Source of the DNA: Eledone cirrhosa | Taxonomy: Eukaryota | Reading direction: 5' to 3' | NCBI GenBank assembly: GCA_964016885.1 | Contig: OZ024752.1 | Coordinates: 42,036,001 to 42,100,000, forward strand | DNA: 64,000 bases | Shown here: positions 56,501 through 64,000 of the stretch, piece after piece | Layout: each line of letters begins with the position of its first letter | Numbering within the stretch: the first letter of the stretch is position 1 | Translations under genes and position numbers: made by a program | Notes under the pieces: model-generated | What the model was told of the DNA's origin: nothing | Databases searched by the model: none | What the model saw: the letters and a program-made list of their open reading frames with translations, nothing else

Positions 56501-58011
56501 ACATCCCATCTTTTAAATATCCCCTGCAGTCACACACAACATCCCCATCTTTTAAATATCCCCTGCAGTCACACACAACATCCCCATCTTTTAAATATCC
56601 CCTGCAGTCACACACAACATCTCCATCTTTTAAATATCCCCTGCAGTCACACACAACATCCCCATCTTTTAAATATCCCCTGCAATCACACACAACATCT
56701 TCATCTTTTAAATATCCCCTGCAGTCACACACAACATCCCCATCTTTTAAATATCCCCTGCAGTCACACACAACATCCCCATCTTTTAAATATCCCCTGC
56801 AGTCACACACAACATCTCCATCTTTTAAATATCCCCTGCAGTCACACACAACATCCCCATCTTTTAAATATCCCCTGCAATCACACACAACATCTCCATC
56901 TTTTAAATATCCCCTGCAGTCACACACAACATCTCCATCTTTTAAATATCCCCTGCAGTCACACACAACATCCCCATCTTTTAAATATCCCCTGCAATCA
57001 CACACAACATCTTCATCTTTTAAATATCCCCTGCAGTCACACACAACATCCCATCTTTTAAATATCCCCTGCAGTCACACACAACATCCCCATCTTTTAA
57101 ATATCCCCTGCAGTCACACACAACATCCCCATCTTTTAAATATCCCCTGCAGTCACACACAACATCCCCATCTTTTAAATATCCCCTGCAGTCACACACA
57201 ACATCCCCATCTTTTAAATATCCCCTGCAGTCACACACAACATCTCCATCTTTTAAATATCCCCTGCAGTCACACACAACATCCCCATCTTTTAAATATC
57301 CCCTGCAGTCACACACAACATCTCCATCTTTTAAATATCCCCTGCAGTCACACACAACATCCCCATCTTTTAAATATCCCCTGCAGTCACACACAACATC
57401 CCCATCTTTTAAATATCCCCTGCAGTCACACACAACATCCCCATCTTTTAAATATCCCCTGCAGTCACACACAACATCCATCTTTTAAATATCCCCTGCA
57501 GTCACACACAACATCCCCATCTTTTAAATATCCCCTGCAGTCACACACAACATCCCCATCTTTTAAATATCCCCTGCAGTCACACACAACATCCCCATCT
57601 TTTAAATATCCCCTGCAGTCACACACAACATCCCCATCTTTTAAATATCCCCTGCAGTCACACACAACATCCCCATCTTTTAAATATCCCCTGCAGTCAC
57701 ACACAACATCCCCATCTTTTAAATATCCCCTGCAGTCACACACAACATCCCCATCTTTTAAATATCCCCTGCAGTCACACACAACATCCCCATCTTTTAA
57801 ATATCCCCTGCAGTCACACACAACATCTCCATCTTTTAAATATCCCCTGCAGTCACACACAACATCCCCATCTTTTAAATATCCCACACACAACATCCCC
57901 ATCTTTTAAATATCCCCATTTTTCAAGAGTGACTTTTGTACGTCTAACACCAGATCTTAGTCTGTTTAGGCATTTCCACACCGCGTAGTTTGTATCTGCT
58001 GTTAAAAGTTC
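53519..58011 (-). mobile_element. Vingi/Ingi-like LINE 3' fragment with internal minisatellite expansion
   Basis: Minus strand: VWKCLNRLRSGVRRTKVTLEKWGYLKDGDVVCDC...(shifted) LLIYPLLEHPCTALDLAEFNEKRQQCVQLWWNHI*, (GAA)n tail, candidate TSD ttcattcaat (53509) / ttcatccaat (58012). Confidence 0.75.
53690..57918. repeat. 39-bp minisatellite, roughly 108 copies (ccctgcagtcacacacaacatccccatcttttaaatatc)
   Basis: Near-perfect tandem array; 13-aa periodic ORFs in the ORF track. Confidence 0.97.
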
Positions 58012-58099
58012 TTCATCCAATAAAATCTCATCAAAATAATTTATAAAGTTTACCTCTCTATTATAATATAAAACAAGAACATTAACTGTGCTGTTGCAG

Positions 58100-58186
58100 G
58101 CGGCGTTGGCTCTTTATGGTTGTTTATCATCACCAATGCTCGGTTTATTTACACTCGGAATTATCTTCCCATGGGCAAATGCTTGG
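58100..58186 (+). CDS. SLC5A8-like: SLC5 exon 11 (AALALYGCLSSPMLGLFTLGIIFPWANAW)
   Basis: tgcAG acceptor, GTAAGT donor, 87 nt, PxLGxFxLG...PWAN motif. Confidence 0.93.
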
Positions 58187-58611
58187 GTAAGTATCTCAAC
58201 ATTTACATGATTTACTATTTCTGTTCTCTTCAAATGACGTTCTTTGTTTTCACAGTCTGAATATCTGAATATCATCTATATTGGTTACCAGCTGGTTTCA
58301 CGTCTAGGGCAGTTTTCTTTTTTATTTGAAGGCAATATATCTACATCTGTTCGGCATTAATGTTTACTTATTAATGATCTCCCCACCCCTCTCTCTCTCT
58401 CTCGCGCTCTCTCTCTCTCTCTCTCTCTGTATATATATATATATGAATGTACTTATTGTGTATTTAATAATATATTGTATTTTTTATCTAAAACATTTTG
58501 AAAGCCTTTCGCTATGAATTTAAGCTAGTGACTACTGTCAGACCACCAACACAAATATATATATATATACAATATATTAACAAATGGAAACTATATTTAT
58601 AAAACCATATT

Positions 58612-58677
58612 TATTTTATTATACATATTTCAAGGGCCAACAAGGCAGATTATGGTGCACTTTCATCAGATAAAATA
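58612..58677 (-). ncRNA. Minimal type I hammerhead ribozyme
   Basis: Minus strand: UAUUUUAU-CUGAUGA-AAG...CUU-GAAA-UAUGUA-UA-AUAAAAUA; same family as 38110. Confidence 0.7.
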
Positions 58678-59134
58678 TAATTGTTTCTACTTTAGGCACA
58701 AGGCCAGCAATTACCCAGTGCATTACTGGTACTTTATTTTATCGACCCCGTAAGGATGAAAGGCAAAGTAAACCTCGGCGGGATTTGAACTCAGACCGTA
58801 AAGGGACGTAACTATGCTGGAAAGCATGGCGTCCAACTCTCTACCGATACTGCCAATCCACCGCCCATTCAGATAAAATATAATACAGATTAGTTTTATA
58901 AATAAATATTGATATACCCTGAAAAAATGCAACCTTTCCGGTTGGAGCTTCAGGGTATGTCAATATTTATTTATAAAACTAATCTGTATTATATAATAAA
59001 ATAAATATGGTTTTATAAATATAGTTTCCATTTGTTAATATATTGTATATTTACTCCAATAATTTGTTGAGTGCTTTATATCAGTTATAAAAATATTTTA
59101 GCTTGTTGTATCCCAACAAATTAAATATAACCTC

Positions 59135-59211
<77 letters not shown>

Positions 59212-59621
59212 AGATATATATATATATATATATATGATATATTAACAAATGGAAACTATATTTATAAAACCATATTTATTTCATTATATATATTTCAAGG
59301 ACACCAAGTTAAATTATGGTGTGCTTTCATAAGATAAAATATAATATAGATCAGTTTTAGCACACCATAATTTAACTTGGTGTCCTTGAAATATGTATAA
59401 TGAAATAAATATGGTTTTATAAATATAGTTTCCATTTGTTAATATATCGTACTCCAATAATTTGTTGAGTGCTTTATATCAGTTATAAAAATATTTGCTT
59501 GTTGTATCCCAACAATTTAAATAGATCTTCTACATTTATATATATATATATATTTCAAGATATATATATATTTCTATATATATATATATATATATTTCTA
59601 TATATTTCTATATATTTCTAG

Positions 59622-59806
59622 GGAGGACTCGTTGGATTATTATCCAGTATTTTTATAATGACGTGGATATCAGTCGGCCATTATACTTCAGAAACGAAGC
59701 CTTACATGCCACCAGTGAGTATTGAGGGGTGTGGTATCAACATCACACGTTTTGATGATTCTGTCACTCTTGTCAACAAATCATCTTTTCCAGAATATGT
59801 TTACCC
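59622..59806 (+). CDS. SLC5A8-like: SLC5 exon 12 (GGLVGLLSSIFIMTWISVG...EGCGINIT...YVY)
   Basis: tttctAG acceptor, GTAAGT donor, 185 nt open, phase 0 to 2; transmembrane segment plus a loop with N-glycosylation sequons. Confidence 0.88.
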
Positions 59807-59915
59807 GTAAGTATTGATAGTTTTCACCATCTCTACATTATGATTTATAATTATCACCATTATTCACTTCTCGTCATTCCCTATAACATTTCCCTGTATA
59901 TTTCAGAAATATTAT

Positions 59916-60525
59916 CGGCAGTATCGGTAGAGGGTCGGACGCCATGCTTTCCAGCATAGTTACGTCCCTTTACGATCTGAGTTCAAATCCCACCGAGGTT
60001 GACTTTGCCTTTCATCCTTACGGGGTCGATAAAATAAAGTACCAGTAATGCACTGGGTAATTGCTGGTCTTGTGTCTAAAGTAGAAACAATTATCATACA
60101 TAAGCGGTGAATTGGCAGTATCGATAGAGGGTCGGACGCCATGCTTTGACGCATAGAGTTACGGCCCTTGCCATTCTGAGTTCAAATCCCGCCGAGGTTA
60201 ACTTTGCCTTTCATCCTTACGGGGGTCGATAAAATAAAGTACCAGTAATACACTGGGTAATTGCTGGCCTTGTGCCTAAAATAGAAACAATTATCGCACA
60301 TAATAGTAGGGCGGTGGATTAGCAGTATCGGTAGAGCGTTGTCGGACGCCATGCTTGGCAGCATAGAGTTACGGCCCTTTATGATCTGAGTTCAAATCCC
60401 GCAGAGGTTAACTTTGCCTTTCATCCTTACGGGGCGATAAAATAAAGTACCAGTAATGCACTAGGGTCGATTTAATCGAATTTCCACAGCCCCCAAATTA
60501 ATGGCCGTGTTCCTATATTAGAAAT
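59916..60525 (+). mobile_element. Head-to-tail cluster of three SINE copies
   Basis: Three copies separated by attatc(a/g)(t/c)acataa target-like sequence. Confidence 0.85.
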
Positions 60526-60665
60526 TGTTGTTATTGGTATTATTATTAGTGTTTTTCCTCTTCATTCACACACACCCACACACACACACATATTTATATA
60601 TGTATATATATATACACACAAATGAGTGTATGTATATATATACATACATGCATACATATACATAC

Positions 60666-60708
<43 letters not shown>

Positions 60709-60711
60709 ACA

Positions 60712-60742
<31 letters not shown>

Positions 60743-60767
60743 CATACATAGATAGATACATACAAAC

Positions 60768-61385
60768 ATGGTGGCTGCCAACTCGTTTTCGAGTACGGCC
60801 ACTACTTTATATCCATGTAGGAGAACCCCCACCGATGCGCTGAACGAAGGTGACTTTTTAGTCCAGCCAGCGATTTGAAAACTCTGGTACAAACACTACA
60901 CTTGTGACAATTATTGACACATAGTGCTGGGCCCATGGTACCATGTGACGACAAGTGCAGAGAGATCTCCAGATATAAAGCAATGCCTGTGCCGTGAAGC
61001 TTTTATAGTGAGCAAAGGCACTGCACAAAGCCAGTCCCACTCTCTTAACCAAGATAATATTTACCAAAAAGAAGAACAAGTCAACAATCATTGGATACCA
61101 TCAGGGTTGCATGTGTTATATCAGAGTTTTCCTTCTCCTAGAATTCTGCCTTGACAAAGGCTAAGGTGTCATCTCTCCCGGTGATTTTGGAGGATGGCCA
61201 TTGACTCTTAAGAGCTCCTTTGTCCTTTGACAGGTTTTGTTTTTAGTCCTGCAGGATGTCCAAAGTCACCCTCCTCACCAAGAAACCTTGGTGGGGTTGC
61301 CAGTCTAGTCGCCAACGCCCCGACCATGGTACAGGTTGTACTGGGATACATGTTACCAGTAGCACCAACTGGTGACCTGACATAA
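60768..61385 (-). mobile_element. Longer copy of the same RTE-like element
   Basis: Reverse complement of 49727-50225 plus ~115 bp of extra 5' sequence; (TACA)n on both sides. Confidence 0.6.
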
Positions 61386-61845
61386 TACATACATACATAC
61401 ATACATACATACATACATACATACATACATACATACATACATACATACATACATACAACCTTGCCACCAGGAAGGTGGCCGGTCAAAAAAATATACTTGA
61501 AATTAAGAGAAAGAGATAACATACATACATACATACATACAAACTCTGCTAACAGTATTGCAATCGCTTGTCAGATTATAGATTTTGGTGCACTTTTAAG
61601 CTACGGTCAACCACACAAACCTGTAACATATCCTGAACAGCCAATGCCTGTATTTAGCGGCGTGCAGATCACACAAGGAAAGAAAAAGCCAGAACTCTTA
61701 TAAACTGAGTTAGTTCATGTCATTCAGAACAATGTTAGACAATGAAAAGAGGACTTTGTTTATAAATCTACTGACACTAATTATAATATATTATGATGAT
61801 GTTATTTTCAGCTATTTACACAGTTTCTTGTTTTATATGGACTTG

Positions 61846-61922
<77 letters not shown>

Positions 61923-62050
61923 GAGAGAGAGGTATATATATATATATACATGCATACATGCATATATACAAATATATATACATATATATATACATATATA
62001 CATATATATGCATATATATATATATACATGCATATATACATATCTATCTA

Positions 62051-62095
<45 letters not shown>

Positions 62096-62097
62096 GC

Positions 62098-62240
<143 letters not shown>

Positions 62241-62412
62241 AAGGGAGAGAAAGGTATATATATATATATATACATGCATACATGCATATATACAAATATA
62301 TATACATATATATATACATATATACATATATATGCATATATACATATATATATACATATATACATATATATGCATATATATATATACATGCATATATACA
62401 TATCTATATATA

Positions 62413-62445
<33 letters not shown>

Positions 62446-62450
62446 GCATA

Positions 62451-62618
<168 letters not shown>

Positions 62619-62812
62619 GAGAGAAAGGTATATATATATATATATACATGCATACATGCATATATACAAATATATATACATATATATATACATATATACA
62701 TATATATGCATATATACATATATATATACATATATACATATATATGCATATATATATATACATGCATATATACATATCTATATATATCTATATATATATA
62801 TATATATACACA

Positions 62813-62947
<135 letters not shown>

Positions 62948-62986
62948 TGATTTTGAGTATATGTTGGTTGTATACTTTATTAACTT

Positions 62987-63046
<60 letters not shown>

Positions 63047-63092
63047 GCATACATCAATATAAATATATATTTCTATATATTTCTATCTACAG

Positions 63093-63193
63093 GGGCGGCC
63101 TTGAAGGACTGTACAGTGTGTCGTATCTATGGTACAATGTAATGGCCTTTGCTATGGTTATTATTTTTGGTCTCATTGTTAGTTTTGCTACTG
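63093..63193 (+). CDS. SLC5A8-like: SLC5 exon 13 (GGLEGLYSVSYLWYN...GLIVSFAT)
   Basis: tacAG acceptor, GTAAGT donor, 101 nt, LYxxSYxWY motif; no stop codon, gene continues. Confidence 0.92.
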
Positions 63194-63533
63194 GTAAGTA
63201 TAATGGCTGCTTACGTATTTTATATTGTGTTTGGGACGCAGTACTATTAGAGCGTACGGGGTCGATAAAATAAAGTACCAGTAATACACTGGTATAATTG
63301 CTGGCCTTGTGCCAAAAGTAGAAACACTTATTAGAGCGTCGAACAACATGCTTTATAACACAGAGTTACGCCCCTTTGCGATCTGAGTACAACTCCTGCC
63401 CAAGTTAGCTTTGCATTTCATCCTTACGGGGGTCGATAAAATAAAATACCAGTAATGCACTGGGGTCAATTTAATCGACTTTCCCCTCCCCAAAAAATTG
63501 TTGGCCTTGTGTCTAAATCAGAAACCATATATT

Positions 63534-63579
<46 letters not shown>

Positions 63580-63610
63580 ATGTATAGTTGCATATATAAT
63601 AGGGGCTTCA

Positions 63611-63681
<71 letters not shown>

Positions 63682-63685
63682 TGTA

Positions 63686-63725
<40 letters not shown>

Positions 63726-63750
63726 CACACACATTTATATATATATAATA

Positions 63751-63784
<34 letters not shown>

Positions 63785-63888
63785 GATGGATGGATGGAAC
63801 AAACCCTTGTTTTTATGCGTGTGTGTGTGTCGTGTGTATATGTGTGTATGTATAGGTGCATCTGTTTACACACACACACACACACACA

Positions 63889-63923
<35 letters not shown>

Positions 63924-64000
63924 TGCAACAAACCCTTGTTTTTACATGTTTTTATCATAAGAATGTTTCGTCTTTTAAATCCCTTTTCAATTTAAATGCT

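Noticed and set aside
53571-57902. Cys-rich repeat protein (GYLKDGDVVCDCR)n
   Set aside because: It is a minisatellite within a dead LINE fragment, the frame breaks several times, and it is antisense within intron 10.
61255-61385. HDV-like ribozyme at the 5' end of the RTE-like element (GGUCACC/GGUGACU pairing)
   Set aside because: I could not assign P1.1, P3/L3 or the catalytic J4/2 segment by eye.

Overview
This is eukaryotic, AT-rich and microsatellite-saturated genomic DNA. The SINE repertoire suggests a coleoid cephalopod such as Octopus, which is an inference. There is one host gene: a + strand SLC5 sodium:solute symporter of the SMCT/NIS (SLC5A8/SLC5A12/SLC5A5) branch. Thirteen GT-AG exons (15981-63193, 1633 nt, 544 codons +1) splice in frame, and the gene continues past the window end. 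The rest is repeat-derived: tRNA-derived SINEs (one amplified into a ~169-bp satellite), CORE-type SINEs, hAT and Tc1/pogo MITEs, LINE fragments (Tx1/L1, CRE, Vingi-like, RTE-like), a decayed Penelope-type GIY-YIG ORF, and several minisatellites. The main hidden signal is a set of more than ten type I hammerhead-ribozyme folds (stem I - CUGANGA - stem II - GAAA - often palindromic 6-nt segment - UH - stem I'). They lie in short non-coding elements from several unrelated families that sit in (TA)n or (CA)n tracts. Many carry a copy-specific inverted duplication forming a long hairpin, and several share a 3' TACTC...GAGT stem. These look like non-autonomous Penelope-like (pLTR/retrozyme-type) elements. 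All folds were read by eye and none has been tested.
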